Shown: positions 48,807-58,990 of the stretch, piece by piece
How the letters are laid out: each line of letters begins with the position of its first letter
Numbering within the stretch: the first letter of the stretch is position 1
From: Candidatus Izemoplasmatales bacterium
Lineage (GTDB): Bacteria; Bacillota_I; Bacilli_A; Izemoplasmatales; Hujiaoplasmataceae
Direction: 5' to 3'
NCBI GenBank assembly: GCA_050949045.1
Contig: JBMNEZ010000001.1
Location: forward strand, 864,001 to 928,000
DNA: 64,000 bases
The notes under the pieces: generated by a model
The model's database searches: none
Told to the model about the DNA's origin: nothing
What the model saw: the letters and a program-made list of their open reading frames with translations, nothing else
Program-made: the position numbers and the translations under genes

Positions 48807-51428
48807 TTAACTTGGATCGTAACCGGGAAAGACCTGTTCGAAATAGATATCGTGAAGCGCTGAAAGCGCCTCTTGCATGCTTTCTAAATCGATATCTCCG
48901 TAGTAGTGGTTTTGATCGACGATCTCGCCCTCGGAAAGGATGGAGATAATCTTCGTATTGAGTGTCCCCATGACATACACGCTGTCATGAAGGTCTTTGA
49001 AGAAGGTTGCGAGCGCAGTCTTGACCGTGGTTGGGATTTTGGGCATGGTGACATCCATTGCTTCCATCATTGCGGTATCGGTGCCGAAGAGCATTTCAAA
49101 CAAGCGATACTGGGCATAAACTTTAAGTTGCGCCAAACTCAATCGTTCATCGGAATTGACCATATCGGGATCATACTCGGGATTTTGCTCGTCATCGTAG
49201 ATCATCGTGAAAGCGGCGGAGGGCTGGGTAAAATTCGTACCCTTGGTCACATTCAGAAGATGGAGCCCGAAGACGGTTTCGACAAAGGTTTCATGAAGAT
49301 ACTCAGTCTTGGTGATATTCGTTTCAAGTCTGTAGGCCTCATATGCTTCCTTCATGCCTTCAACGAAAGCCGAGACATAAACATTATTGGACTTGGCGTA
49401 TGTGAGTGAGCCGCTGGAAGAGAGGTTTTCCTGCATCAGGTAGAAACCGTAGTTTTTGAACTCGCCCCAAACGGGATCAGTGCGCTTGGCGCGGTTATAG
49501 GCTGTGATCAGCGTTTGGAAAGTATTTTCGTCTGATTCATTCAAATATAAAAGAATGGCTTCTTCAAAAGCGGTGATGAGATCGGCATATCTTTCCTGAT
49601 CCGCTTCGCCTTCCACAAACTCGTTGTAATCATCGGGGCTCCCATCCTCGTTACGGTCGACATATATTAACAAATGGTTGACGTTCAAGCTGAAATAGTT
49701 GTCGTAGGCTTCATCAACCTTATCTTTCAGATATTCTTCGAGCAGTTTCCAGTCGTTCGCCATGATCTCCTCGTAGATTGCGACCGGCTGTAACGCCAAT
49801 TTCACGTAGTAAGTCTTTAGCAACTCATCTTCAGAAGTGGCTCTGAAACCGAGATAGACATATTCCTCAAAGGTGTAGTATGCGGCATAACTGGATTCAA
49901 GAAACGCCTTTTTCCGTTCCAAGAGATCGGAGCGATGCTTCTCCATCTTCATCGAGGTATTGGTCGCTACATCGTAGTCGCAGACATCATCTCCGTAACA
50001 GTATATGTCAGCGTAATGAGTTTTGATGAGATAAGGCATCTGTGCGGCATAGAGCAGGTTGATCGGAGCGTTCTGCTTCATAGCAAAATCGAAGAAAGCA
50101 TCGGCGGTGATGACCGTGTCGTCATAGGCCGCGAGATTGGTCGCATGCCCGACTTCGTCCGGCTCATACTCCGCGTCAATCCTCTTGTAATCTATTCCCA
50201 GAAAATAGTCAAAGATCTTAAATCCCCGTTCGCGTCTGAGTTCGACGAGCCTTTCGGCTGTGAATGAAGAGTCCGCCAGATTGCTTTTGACGAGGAGGGT
50301 TTCGATTTCCTGGTAGACATCAGCGCCGATCAAGGCTTCGAGCTCCGCTTTCGTGCCGGCAAAATCGGCCAAATCGGCTTTTTCCGGGCGTTTCAAATTG
50401 ATGAACATATAATAAGAAGTGTCTTTCGACGAATAGTATTTGACGGGTTTGTTAGTATAGTAGACGGAAGTAGCGGTGCCGGAAAGATGCTCCTCATAGG
50501 TGCTGAAAACTGAAAACATCTGGGTCGCAAGCGCTGTATTGGCCTTTGCGACGGTACTATATTCGACCACCAGATCGGGATTGGCGCACAATTCGGAAAA
50601 GGAATCCGAGGAATCGAGTTCATTTCGATAGACGCCGTAGACAGCGTTGTACATCTCGATAAACGCCTCAATCAGTTCATCGTCTTCCAACAAAACGGTG
50701 TTTGTGTCGTCGAAACCGCTCGAGGGGATCTCGCTGATGGGCCTGGTGCCGGTGTAGCGATAGAGCAAACCGCCGCTTCTGCCAACAAGATTTAAGCCGC
50801 GCATGACTTCTTTGGCGTCTGTTTCGCTCGTAAACTTGATTTTGATCGATGCAAGCGTCCGGTCATAGTTGTAGGCATAGTATTTCGCAACCGTCTTCGG
50901 GCCAACATGCCATAACTTTTCACTATTGGCATCGCTCTTCATCGCAATGGTGGCGTATTTGTCCTTGGCAATCAATATCTTCAATAACGGTACGTCACCA
51001 TCATGATATCCGGTAAACAACATCGACTGCAAATAATTAGCTTCCATTTCCTCACGCTTGGCAGCGTCGAGTTCGGCGATCTTTTCCGGATCGGTCAACC
51101 CGTAGGTCAGTTGATTCCTCTTATCGGTAATCTCCGTTTCCGTCACCTGGTCAAGATAATCGGCAAGCAGGACGGTGTCGACCATGAACAACAATTGATT
51201 GATGCCGTCGTTGACTTTAAACTCGCGGTAAATATCGCCATAGGTGATCTCGATATCGCCAAAACTGTAGAATACGACATCCGGATGGCTGATGGCGGGG
51301 ATGATCGCGTCGGGTTCGACGATGATATCGGCCGTCGTTGTCGTCTCTTCCTTACAACCTAAAAGAAAAAGGGCAAAGAGGGCAAGGGCGAAAGCGAGAA
51401 CGATTCTTTGATGGGTAAGTAGTTTCAT
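48807..51428 (-). CDS. Large lipoprotein with PrsA/parvulin-like foldase modules
   Basis: Lipobox LLGC; parvulin-like NHLLIY...FQTLITAYN...GSL...VSAFVEG...VETVFGLHLLNV; two PrsA-like N-terminal segments. Confidence 0.6.
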   Translation of the reverse strand: MKLLTHQRIVLAFALALFALFLLGCKEETTTTADIIVEPDAIIPAISHPDVVFYSFGDIEITYGDIYREFKVNDGINQLLFMVDTVLLADYLDQVTETEITDKRNQLTYGLTDPEKIAELDAAKREEMEANYLQSMLFTGYHDGDVPLLKILIAKDKYATIAMKSDANSEKLWHVGPKTVAKYYAYNYDRTLASIKIKFTSETDAKEVMRGLNLVGRSGGLLYRYTGTRPISEIPSSGFDDTNTVLLEDDELIEAFIEMYNAVYGVYRNELDSSDSFSELCANPDLVVEYSTVAKANTALATQMFSVFSTYEEHLSGTATSVYYTNKPVKYYSSKDTSYYMFINLKRPEKADLADFAGTKAELEALIGADVYQEIETLLVKSNLADSSFTAERLVELRRERGFKIFDYFLGIDYKRIDAEYEPDEVGHATNLAAYDDTVITADAFFDFAMKQNAPINLLYAAQMPYLIKTHYADIYCYGDDVCDYDVATNTSMKMEKHRSDLLERKKAFLESSYAAYYTFEEYVYLGFRATSEDELLKTYYVKLALQPVAIYEEIMANDWKLLEEYLKDKVDEAYDNYFSLNVNHLLIYVDRNEDGSPDDYNEFVEGEADQERYADLITAFEEAILLYLNESDENTFQTLITAYNRAKRTDPVWGEFKNYGFYLMQENLSSSGSLTYAKSNNVYVSAFVEGMKEAYEAYRLETNITKTEYLHETFVETVFGLHLLNVTKGTNFTQPSAAFTMIYDDEQNPEYDPDMVNSDERLSLAQLKVYAQYRLFEMLFGTDTAMMEAMDVTMPKIPTTVKTALATFFKDLHDSVYVMGTLNTKIISILSEGEIVDQNHYYGDIDLESMQEALSALHDIYFEQVFPGYDPS

Positions 51429-51574
51429 GTATAAGTAACATCCTTTCATAACTGCTAAATCATATTATATAACAAAGGTCTTGGGATTTCATCATCTTTT
51501 TTCACCGATTGCATTATATCACGCCTTCGTGAACTCTCCATCAACACATTGTCCACCGACAAGCATCGGCCAAC

Positions 51575-51604
51575 AAAAAAGCCTTCTTTCGATTGAAGGC
51601 TTTC
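51575..51604 (-). terminator. Terminator after the YwaF-like gene
   Basis: AAAAGCCTTC...GAAGGCTTTT. Confidence 0.75.
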
Positions 51605-51609
51605 ATAAT

Positions 51610-52428
51610 TCAGCGAATGGCGTGGTTGCGTTTCAAGAAGGTCTTCCGAGTCTTCCGAGCCCTGTTCAGGACAAGATGTTCGATCAGGATTTTGATGCCG
51701 AGGAGAATGAAAGCGCAAAGGCTGAAGCCGAAGAAATAAAGGAGTAAAAACATCTGGTGGGATACAATCGGCTGGAAGAGCGACAGTATGGGGATCGCGT
51801 TCTCGAAAAGGGGATTGATGAAGAACATGTTGAAGACGCCGTCGTGAATGTAGCGGTTGAACAGTTCGTTCATTGCCATGGCCATCAGCATCAGCACGGC
51901 GAAAACGGCTCCGGCCCTGATGATCGATTGCGGCTGAGACTTGACTTTTGCAGCAAGCAGACCGACGCCGATCACGGCCATGCTACCGTGATGGATCATC
52001 GTTTGGATGTTGATGCCGATCGTCTCTACAAAAACCGTGCTCGGATAGAACATGACCGCAGTTCCGGAAAAAAGGCCGTAGGTTCCGAGAAAGGCAACCA
52101 GGCTCTCCCGAAAACGACTGTTCTTAGTAATCCCCGCCACCAGTCCGACATACATCGGTGTCGAACAAAACTGGAAAGGGAATGCATACCACTGGTAATC
52201 CCAGTTTGCCTGATAGGAAAAAATCAGTTGTTTGTAAACTTCAAACAAAAGCAAAACAACAGAAAAAACGATCAACACGATTCTGAGGTTTTGTTCGCTG
52301 ATATTTTTAAATTTGACGGCGGCGATGACGGCACCGATGATGACGATGGCTAATGACAACAAGTGGAACCACCCATAAAGCGTGGGTTTCTCCATCTGCC
52401 CGTTGAGGAATTCGAGGATTTCGACCAT
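51610..52428 (-). CDS. YwaF-like integral membrane protein
   Basis: YGWFH, PFQFCS, QTMIHH, NMFFI; 7-8 TM helices. Confidence 0.75.
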   Translation of the reverse strand: MVEILEFLNGQMEKPTLYGWFHLLSLAIVIIGAVIAAVKFKNISEQNLRIVLIVFSVVLLLFEVYKQLIFSYQANWDYQWYAFPFQFCSTPMYVGLVAGITKNSRFRESLVAFLGTYGLFSGTAVMFYPSTVFVETIGINIQTMIHHGSMAVIGVGLLAAKVKSQPQSIIRAGAVFAVLMLMAMAMNELFNRYIHDGVFNMFFINPLFENAIPILSLFQPIVSHQMFLLLYFFGFSLCAFILLGIKILIEHLVLNRARKTRKTFLKRNHAIR

Positions 52429-52482
52429 GGCAATTCTTCTTTCATAATAATCTTGACAAGTATTATACCATTTTAAAAATGT

Positions 52483-52520
52483 AAAAAAAAGATGGCAAAG
52501 CCATTTGCCATCCATTTTTT
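52483..52520 (-). terminator. Terminator after PFOR
   Basis: GATGGCAAA-GCCA-TTTGCCATC flanked by A8 and T6. Confidence 0.85.
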
Positions 52521-52521
52521 G

Positions 52522-55500
52522 TCAAATTATCTCAGAATAATCCATCGCCGCGTAGCGTTTATACATCTGGTAGCGCCGTTTCGCATCCTTGAGATTTGTT
52601 TCGTACAGCCTCTCGGCGGCTTCCGGATCACTGTGTTTCAGTTGACGATAACGGTTTTCTCGCATCAGGAATTCTTTGTATTTCGACCAATCCGGTTCTT
52701 TCCGCATATCGAGCTGGAAGGGGTTCTTGCCCTCGCTGATCAAGCGCGGGTCATAGCGGAAGATTGGCCAATAACCGCATTCGGTCGCGAGTTTGGCCTC
52801 GTTGTGCGAATTGCCGAGACCGCCGGCAATGCCGTGGGCGATACAAGGCGAATAGGCGATGATGAGCGACGGGCCATGGTATGATTCTGCCTCTTTCATC
52901 GCTTTTAGAAGTTGGGCGGGGTTGGCCCCGTGGCTGACAGTGGCCACATAGACACTCTCGTAGGTCATCGCGAGCGAGGCGAGGTCTTTCTTCTTGGTCG
53001 GTTTCCCGGCAGCGGTAAACTTGGCGATCGAGCCGGTCCTTGCGGCTTTGGAGGATTGGCCGCCGGTATTGGAGTAGACTTCGGTGTCGAGAACGAGGAT
53101 GTTCACGTCCTCGTTGTTGGCGATGACATGATCGAGACCGCCGTAACCGATGTCGTAAGCCCAGCCGTCGCCGCCGATGATCCAGTTCGACTGCTTGACG
53201 AAGTAATGCTTGTATTCCTGGAGTTCAGTAGCGAAGTCAGAGCCATCCTCATCGAGCAGAGGCAAGATCTTACGTGATAATTCCAGCGTTTTCTCGCCGT
53301 CTTCCCTCACTTCGATCCATTCCCTTAACAAACCCTCGAGTTCTTTGTTTTTGAGTTCTTTGCCTTTTTCGATGATCAGATTCTGCAGGCGGTCACGGAT
53401 CGTATTCTGCGCAATGACCATTCCGAAACCATATTCGGCATTGTCCTCGAACAGCGAATTGGCCCAAGCCGGGCCTCTGCCTTCGGCGTTCTTGGTATAG
53501 GGCGAGGTCGGGAAGGAGCCTCCGTAAATGGACGAACAGCCGGTGGCGTTCGCGACGACCATGCGTTCGCCGAAGAGTTGAGTGACGAATTTGACATAGG
53601 GGGTCTCCCCACAGCCGCCGCAAGCTCCCGAAAACTCAAACAGCGGTTTCTCAAATTGGACATTCTTGACCGTGTTTTTATCGATAAGTCCGGTTTTTGG
53701 CGTGATTTTGTTATAGAGATACTCGGCTCTCACGTGCTGCTTATTTGCGATCTCTTCGGTTAAAGGCGTCAATTTCAAGGCCTTGTTCAAAGCCGGGCAG
53801 GTATTGATACAAACAGAGCAGCCGGTGCAGTCCAGAATCGATACCTGGATGCGGTATTTGAGCCCTTTGAGCGCCGGGCCGTTGGCATCGCGCCAGACTG
53901 TGCCCTCGGGAGCCTTGGCCGCTTCTTCCTCGGTGGCGAGAATCGGACGGATGCAGGCGTGCGGGCAGGAATAAGCGCATAGGTTGCACTGGATGCAATT
54001 CTCGGCGATCCAGGTCGACACCTCCTCGGCGACGCCGCGTTTCTCATAAGCGGCCGTCCCGGCGGGAATCGAACCGTCCTCATAGCCGAGAAAAGCGCTT
54101 GTCGGCAAGTCGTAGCCTTTGATGGCGTTGACGACATCGGCGATGTTCTTGACGAAATCGGGCCGGTTGGGATCATGATATGTGTTGATGGGCAGGTTTT
54201 TCCATTCGGGTTTGACTTTGATCTCGATCAACCCGTCGGCGCCACGGTCGACGGCCTCATAGTTCATTTGAACGATTCTTTCGCCTTTGCTATGAAAAGT
54301 CTTCTCGGCAAAGGCCTTCATCGCATCTTGGGCCTTCTCATAGGGCATGATTCTTTCATTGAGTTTGAAGAAAGCCGATTGCATGATCGTCGAAACCAGT
54401 TTGACTTCGCCGATCTCCTTGGCGAGTTTGTAGGCGTCGATGATGAAGAGCCTGGCGCCCTTCCGGGCGAGGGTCTTCTTGACATCGTTGGGGAGATAAG
54501 CCTCGATGCCGTCTTCCCCCTGGCTGGTCGAAAGCAGGAAGATACCGCCTCTGCGGATCCCGCGGATCATCTCGAAGCGGTGGGTGTAGCTCTCCTGCGA
54601 GCAGGAGACGAAGTGCGGTTCATTGACGAGATAGGTCGAGCGGATTGGATTCTTGCCGAACCGGAGATGCATCCTCGTGACGCCTCCCGATTTCTTCGAA
54701 TCGTAGGAAGCATAAGCCTGACCGTAAAGATCGGTATAGTCGCCGATGATCTTGGAAATATTCTTGACGGCGCTGACGGTGCCGTCGGAGCCGAGTCCGA
54801 AGAAGAGCAACTCCGCCGTATTGGGATCGGCGACATCGGGAGTCTCCTCAAGATCGAGGTTGGTGAAGTTGACATCGTCGACGATGCCAATGGTGAAACG
54901 GTCTTTCATCTCTCCCGCAAGATTCTTATAAACGGCGAAGAACTGTTGCGGAGTGGCGTCCTTGCTTGAAAGCCCGTAACGGCCGCCGATGATCACCGGT
55001 TGGCTCTTCTTACCATAGAACAGAGCTTTGACATCAAGATAAAGCGGGTCGCCGATCGCTCCCGGTTCTTTGGTCCTGTCCAAAACGGCGATGCGCTTGA
55101 CAGTCTTGGGCAACACCTTTAAGAAATACTTTTCGGAAAAGGGACGATAGAGATGGACACTGATCAGGCCGACCTTTTCGCCTTGAGATGTCTTGAAATC
55201 GACGACCTCGCGGATCGTCTCGGTCGCCGAGCCCATAGCAACGATGATGTCGGTCGCATCCTCGGCGCCGTAGTAGGTGAAGGGTTTGTATTCTCTTCCG
55301 GTTGCTTTCGTGATCTCCTGGAGATATTCGGCAACAACATCGGCTACCGGTATGTAATACTTCTCCTGGACTTCCTTTGCTTGGAAATAAACATCGTCGT
55401 TTTGCGCCGTGCCCTTGGTCATCGGGTTGCCGGAATTGAGAGCGCGGGCGCGGAATTCCCTGACCTTGTCCCAGTCGAGCAGTTTGGCGAATAGCTCGTA

Positions 55501-56067
55501 GTCGAGTACTTCGATTTTATTGACTTCATGGCTGGTCCTGAAACCGTCGAAAAAATGCAGAAACGGCAGACTCGTCTTAATCGCCGAAAGATGGGCGACG
55601 CCGGCAAGGTCCATCACTTCCTGGACGGAACCCGAGGCTAGGATGCAAAAGCCTGTCGGTCGGGCGGCCATGACGTCCTGATGGTCGCCGAAGATCGACA
55701 AAGCATGAGCGGCGATCGAGCGAGCGGCGACATGGATGACGCCGGGAAGCAGTTCGCCGGCGATTTTATACATATTCGGCAGTTTGAGCAACAAGCCCTG
55801 GGAAGCCGTGAATGTCGATGTCAGGGCTCCGGCCATCAGCGAACCGTGGACGGTGCCGGCGGCGCCGGCCTCCGATTGCATCTCTACGACCTTGACCGGC
55901 ATTCCGAACAGGTTTTTCTTGCCTTCGGCTGCCCACTGGTCGACATATTCGGCCATCGTGGACGATGGAGTGATCGGATAGATACCCGCCACTTCGGAAA
56001 ACGCGTAAGCGCAGTACGCCGCGGCCTGGTTGCCATCCATAGATTGATAGATTTTTTTCTTTGCCAA
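52522..56067 (-). CDS. nifJ: Pyruvate:ferredoxin (flavodoxin) oxidoreductase
   Basis: YPITPS, EMQSEAGAAG, CIQCNLC...CP and CTGCSVC...CP, GACGGCGE, GDGWAYDIG, YSNTGGQ; TTG 56067 with GGAGG RBS. Confidence 0.98.
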   Translation of the reverse strand: MAKKKIYQSMDGNQAAAYCAYAFSEVAGIYPITPSSTMAEYVDQWAAEGKKNLFGMPVKVVEMQSEAGAAGTVHGSLMAGALTSTFTASQGLLLKLPNMYKIAGELLPGVIHVAARSIAAHALSIFGDHQDVMAARPTGFCILASGSVQEVMDLAGVAHLSAIKTSLPFLHFFDGFRTSHEVNKIEVLDYELFAKLLDWDKVREFRARALNSGNPMTKGTAQNDDVYFQAKEVQEKYYIPVADVVAEYLQEITKATGREYKPFTYYGAEDATDIIVAMGSATETIREVVDFKTSQGEKVGLISVHLYRPFSEKYFLKVLPKTVKRIAVLDRTKEPGAIGDPLYLDVKALFYGKKSQPVIIGGRYGLSSKDATPQQFFAVYKNLAGEMKDRFTIGIVDDVNFTNLDLEETPDVADPNTAELLFFGLGSDGTVSAVKNISKIIGDYTDLYGQAYASYDSKKSGGVTRMHLRFGKNPIRSTYLVNEPHFVSCSQESYTHRFEMIRGIRRGGIFLLSTSQGEDGIEAYLPNDVKKTLARKGARLFIIDAYKLAKEIGEVKLVSTIMQSAFFKLNERIMPYEKAQDAMKAFAEKTFHSKGERIVQMNYEAVDRGADGLIEIKVKPEWKNLPINTYHDPNRPDFVKNIADVVNAIKGYDLPTSAFLGYEDGSIPAGTAAYEKRGVAEEVSTWIAENCIQCNLCAYSCPHACIRPILATEEEAAKAPEGTVWRDANGPALKGLKYRIQVSILDCTGCSVCINTCPALNKALKLTPLTEEIANKQHVRAEYLYNKITPKTGLIDKNTVKNVQFEKPLFEFSGACGGCGETPYVKFVTQLFGERMVVANATGCSSIYGGSFPTSPYTKNAEGRGPAWANSLFEDNAEYGFGMVIAQNTIRDRLQNLIIEKGKELKNKELEGLLREWIEVREDGEKTLELSRKILPLLDEDGSDFATELQEYKHYFVKQSNWIIGGDGWAYDIGYGGLDHVIANNEDVNILVLDTEVYSNTGGQSSKAARTGSIAKFTAAGKPTKKKDLASLAMTYESVYVATVSHGANPAQLLKAMKEAESYHGPSLIIAYSPCIAHGIAGGLGNSHNEAKLATECGYWPIFRYDPRLISEGKNPFQLDMRKEPDWSKYKEFLMRENRYRQLKHSDPEAAERLYETNLKDAKRRYQMYKRYAAMDYSEII

Positions 56068-56117
56068 GATTATTACCTCCAATGTGATCAACTTTAGTGT
56101 CGGTCTATACGATAATT

Positions 56118-56146
56118 ATTATACCTTAATTTCCCTTCTTTAACAA
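56118..56146 (-). promoter_or_regulatory. SigA-type promoter of PFOR
   Basis: TTGTTA-N17-TATAAT. Confidence 0.65.
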
Positions 56147-56180
56147 TCGAAAAAAAAACGGATTTGAATCGATCGATCGC

Positions 56181-56969
56181 CTAGATCTCGATTTCCTCGA
56201 GAGGTTGGTCCTGATAGGCGCATATGAGTCTAAACCGCGATAGATCCACCCCTCGGTCGCGAAAGACTTTCCGGTAGGTTTCCAGGGCGATGTCAATGGT
56301 ATTGCACTCCTCGGAAAGATGGGCGAGAACGATCGTCTTCGTCTTGTCGCCTAAGATGCTTGTCATCAAGTAGGCGCTGTCCTCGTTCGAGAGATGGCCA
56401 TGGTCGTCGAGGATTCGCTTTTTGAGCAACCAGGGTCGGTCCGATTCGAGCAGGAGCTCGGGATCATGGTTGCTTTCGATCAGATAAAGATCGGCATTGC
56501 GAATATCATCGAAGCCTTGCCTTGGAAAATACCCGGTATCGGTCAAATAGACAAAGGCTTTTTCCCCGTCGGAAAAGCGGTACCCGCAGGGTTCCAGGGC
56601 ATCGTGAAAACTGGGAAACGCCATCACGGAGAAACCATCCAAGGCGAGATTCTTATTATAGGCGACATAGTCGACGAGCGACTTGTCAAGATTGGCGCGG
56701 ATCCTCAAGGGAAGGTTGCTGAAGGTCCCCTTGGTGAGGAAAATTCGCGGATAGTACTTGTTCACGATCGTCATCAGGCCGACGATATGGTCGGTATGCT
56801 CGTGCGTGAGAAAGATATAGTCGAGCATAGGCAAGCTTTTACCGACCTGTCTGAGTCTTGAGACCAGTTGGCGATGGGAAATGCCGGCGTCGATCAAGAG
56901 AGACTTCCCGCCGATTTCAAGAAGAGTGGCGTTGCCACCGGATCCACTCGCAAGCACCGTCAGTTTCAT
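56181..56969 (-). CDS. yycJ: MBL-fold metallo-hydrolase, YycJ/WalJ-like
   Basis: LASGSGGN, THEHTDH, TDTG, ESNHD, GHLSN, AHLSEECN. Confidence 0.85.
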   Translation of the reverse strand: MKLTVLASGSGGNATLLEIGGKSLLIDAGISHRQLVSRLRQVGKSLPMLDYIFLTHEHTDHIVGLMTIVNKYYPRIFLTKGTFSNLPLRIRANLDKSLVDYVAYNKNLALDGFSVMAFPSFHDALEPCGYRFSDGEKAFVYLTDTGYFPRQGFDDIRNADLYLIESNHDPELLLESDRPWLLKKRILDDHGHLSNEDSAYLMTSILGDKTKTIVLAHLSEECNTIDIALETYRKVFRDRGVDLSRFRLICAYQDQPLEEIEI

Positions 56970-57037
56970 GTCATCACATCCGCCCCTTATTATATAACAG
57001 ATAGCGTGAAACCCAACAAAAAAAGAAAACTTTGAAG

Positions 57038-57679
57038 TCATTCCTTCAAAGTCTTCCCATCTTTTTCCTTTTTCAGTTTCCTAAGTCTTTCAAGTTCAGC
57101 CTGGACCATTTTCTCCTTGCTTTCCTGAACGATCCGGTTTTTATGGAGAGCCACCTCTTTGACGATGTTCGTCACCTCGACGATTGCGATCATCAGGAAC
57201 ACGAGGATCACGATCGCGTAGATGAAATTGACCGAGCCGGAGAAGACAAGTCGGTACACTTTTCCCAAAAAAGTTGATTTCCCGACATACTTCCCGATGA
57301 TATGATCCTCACTGAAGCCGATCTCCCAATCGAGCGATTCGAAGTTGTTGACGCCTTTGGTCGTGTAGAGCTTGCCTGTGGGCGTTTCAACGATGTCGAT
57401 TATCTGGTGGGTGATGATGTTTTGTTCCTCGCCCGGCTGGCGGAAAGTGATGATGTCTTCTTCATTGAAGTCTTTTGTGGCCGTGTTGACAAAGATGAGG
57501 TCACCGGTCATGATGACGTCCTCCATCGAAGGAGACACAACAAGAAACATGCCGTAGCCGAAAATCGTCGGCGTCTTCTCGTTCTTGAGCGAGATGACGA
57601 TCTGGACGATCAAAGCAATCGCCAGGAAGAGAAAAAGAAAAGGAAGGAAGTTTAAGATTTTCAGTCCGATTCTTTTCAC
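57038..57679 (-). CDS. sipW: Signal peptidase I, SipW (ER/archaeal-type, S26B)
   Basis: VVSPSME (catalytic Ser), GDLI, ITH (His), TKGVNN; N- and C-terminal TM helices. Confidence 0.88.
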   Translation of the reverse strand: MKRIGLKILNFLPFLFLFLAIALIVQIVISLKNEKTPTIFGYGMFLVVSPSMEDVIMTGDLIFVNTATKDFNEEDIITFRQPGEEQNIITHQIIDIVETPTGKLYTTKGVNNFESLDWEIGFSEDHIIGKYVGKSTFLGKVYRLVFSGSVNFIYAIVILVFLMIAIVEVTNIVKEVALHKNRIVQESKEKMVQAELERLRKLKKEKDGKTLKE

Positions 57680-57702
57680 TTTTTCCCTCCTTATCCAGTT
57701 GA

Positions 57703-58332
57703 TTACGGCAATGGATCTCCGGTTTCAAAATCATAGGCGGCCAGTTCCGACCATGTGACATGGTCCGCCTGCTTCACTTCAATCGTGACTTTGACCTCGA
57801 TCGATTCGTTCTGATAATCGGAGCTCGTCTTGTAGCCGTCGAAGTAGATACTGTCGATGATCCCGATCAGTCCCGATTCCGCAACTATGACATGATCATA
57901 GTCTTCATAGTACCAGTAGTCGTCCTCATTTTCGCCCGGTGTAACATCGCCGTCACCCAGTGTGAAGGTTGAGGTGAAATTGACCACCAGATGGTCGTCA
58001 TCGTCGTTTTTATAAACGTAGTCCTCTTCGGGTGTGACTATATCGTTTACGATCGTGACCCGCGTATAGGTGATCTTCAAGCGTAACTGTGAAGTTACCG
58101 GAGAAGCGTTGATGATTTCGATATCCTCTGCGATCAACTCCTGTCCGGGAACGATGATCGATTCAGTCACAAAAGCACCGTCAAGACCGTAGCGGAGATC
58201 GCCGACCGCTACGCTCCCGCCGGGCAGCGTTGTGCTGTAGACGAACCAACCGTAGGTGATGCCGAGGATTCCGAGAGCGGCGAGAATCAGGAATCCCGAA
58301 ACTGTCACGATGGCGAGTATCAGTTTTTTCAT
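57703..58332 (-). CDS. Secreted acidic TasA/CalY-like protein with a SipW-class signal peptide
   Basis: Signal peptide ends in ITYGWF; IVPGQEL..I.N.S; C-terminal VTIEVKQA; adjacent to sipW. Confidence 0.65.
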   Translation of the reverse strand: MKKLILAIVTVSGFLILAALGILGITYGWFVYSTTLPGGSVAVGDLRYGLDGAFVTESIIVPGQELIAEDIEIINASPVTSQLRLKITYTRVTIVNDIVTPEEDYVYKNDDDDHLVVNFTSTFTLGDGDVTPGENEDDYWYYEDYDHVIVAESGLIGIIDSIYFDGYKTSSDYQNESIEVKVTIEVKQADHVTWSELAAYDFETGDPLP

Positions 58333-58343
58333 CTCGTCACCGC

Positions 58344-58958
58344 CTAAGGATTCACGCCGGAAATCATGATTCCGGAGATCTCGAGAGCGTGGTTTTGGTA
58401 TTGGTTGTTCGCAGTGTCGCTCACTTGGAGCGAAAAATTGAGAATGCCTACTTCTTCTGTATCGAGATACATGTTCCCGACGAGATAAAGATGCGAGGTC
58501 GTGAAATACTCCGGCTCGATTTCCGGTAGGAGATCGATTAGGTATTCATCCTCGATTTCTTCTTCGTTGACGTCATTGGCGGCATTAAGGACGACTTTTT
58601 CGAGGAGGTTGACCTCGTTGTCATAGTCGATCTCGCTATTGTTCGGCACATCTTCAAAACCGTGGAGGCTGACTTTGACATAAACTTCCGTCCCACCTAC
58701 ATTCTCGATAGTCAGGCGATAGTATTTGATGGTTCCCGGAACCGCGTTTTCAAGCGCTATTCCCTCGGCTTCGCTGTATTCGATTCCGTCGTCCGAGACT
58801 TCGAGCGTCGCCGTGACCTCAAGGTTTATCACTTCTATTGTCGGCCCCAATACATCGATGAGCCCGCTGACTGCAAACCAAGCGAAAGTGGCGAAAACAA
58901 ATAAAAACACTGACGATATCAAGGCGATCCACGATAAAGTCACTCGTTTTTTGAGCAT
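58344..58958 (-). CDS. Secreted acidic TasA/CalY-like protein with a SipW-class signal peptide
   Basis: Signal peptide ends in ATFAWF; NAVPGTIKYYRLTIENVG; ANNQYQN. Confidence 0.68.
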   Translation of the reverse strand: MLKKRVTLSWIALISSVFLFVFATFAWFAVSGLIDVLGPTIEVINLEVTATLEVSDDGIEYSEAEGIALENAVPGTIKYYRLTIENVGGTEVYVKVSLHGFEDVPNNSEIDYDNEVNLLEKVVLNAANDVNEEEIEDEYLIDLLPEIEPEYFTTSHLYLVGNMYLDTEEVGILNFSLQVSDTANNQYQNHALEISGIMISGVNP

Positions 58959-58990
58959 GTTTTCACCTCATTCTCTCCTGGGTTCAAGTA

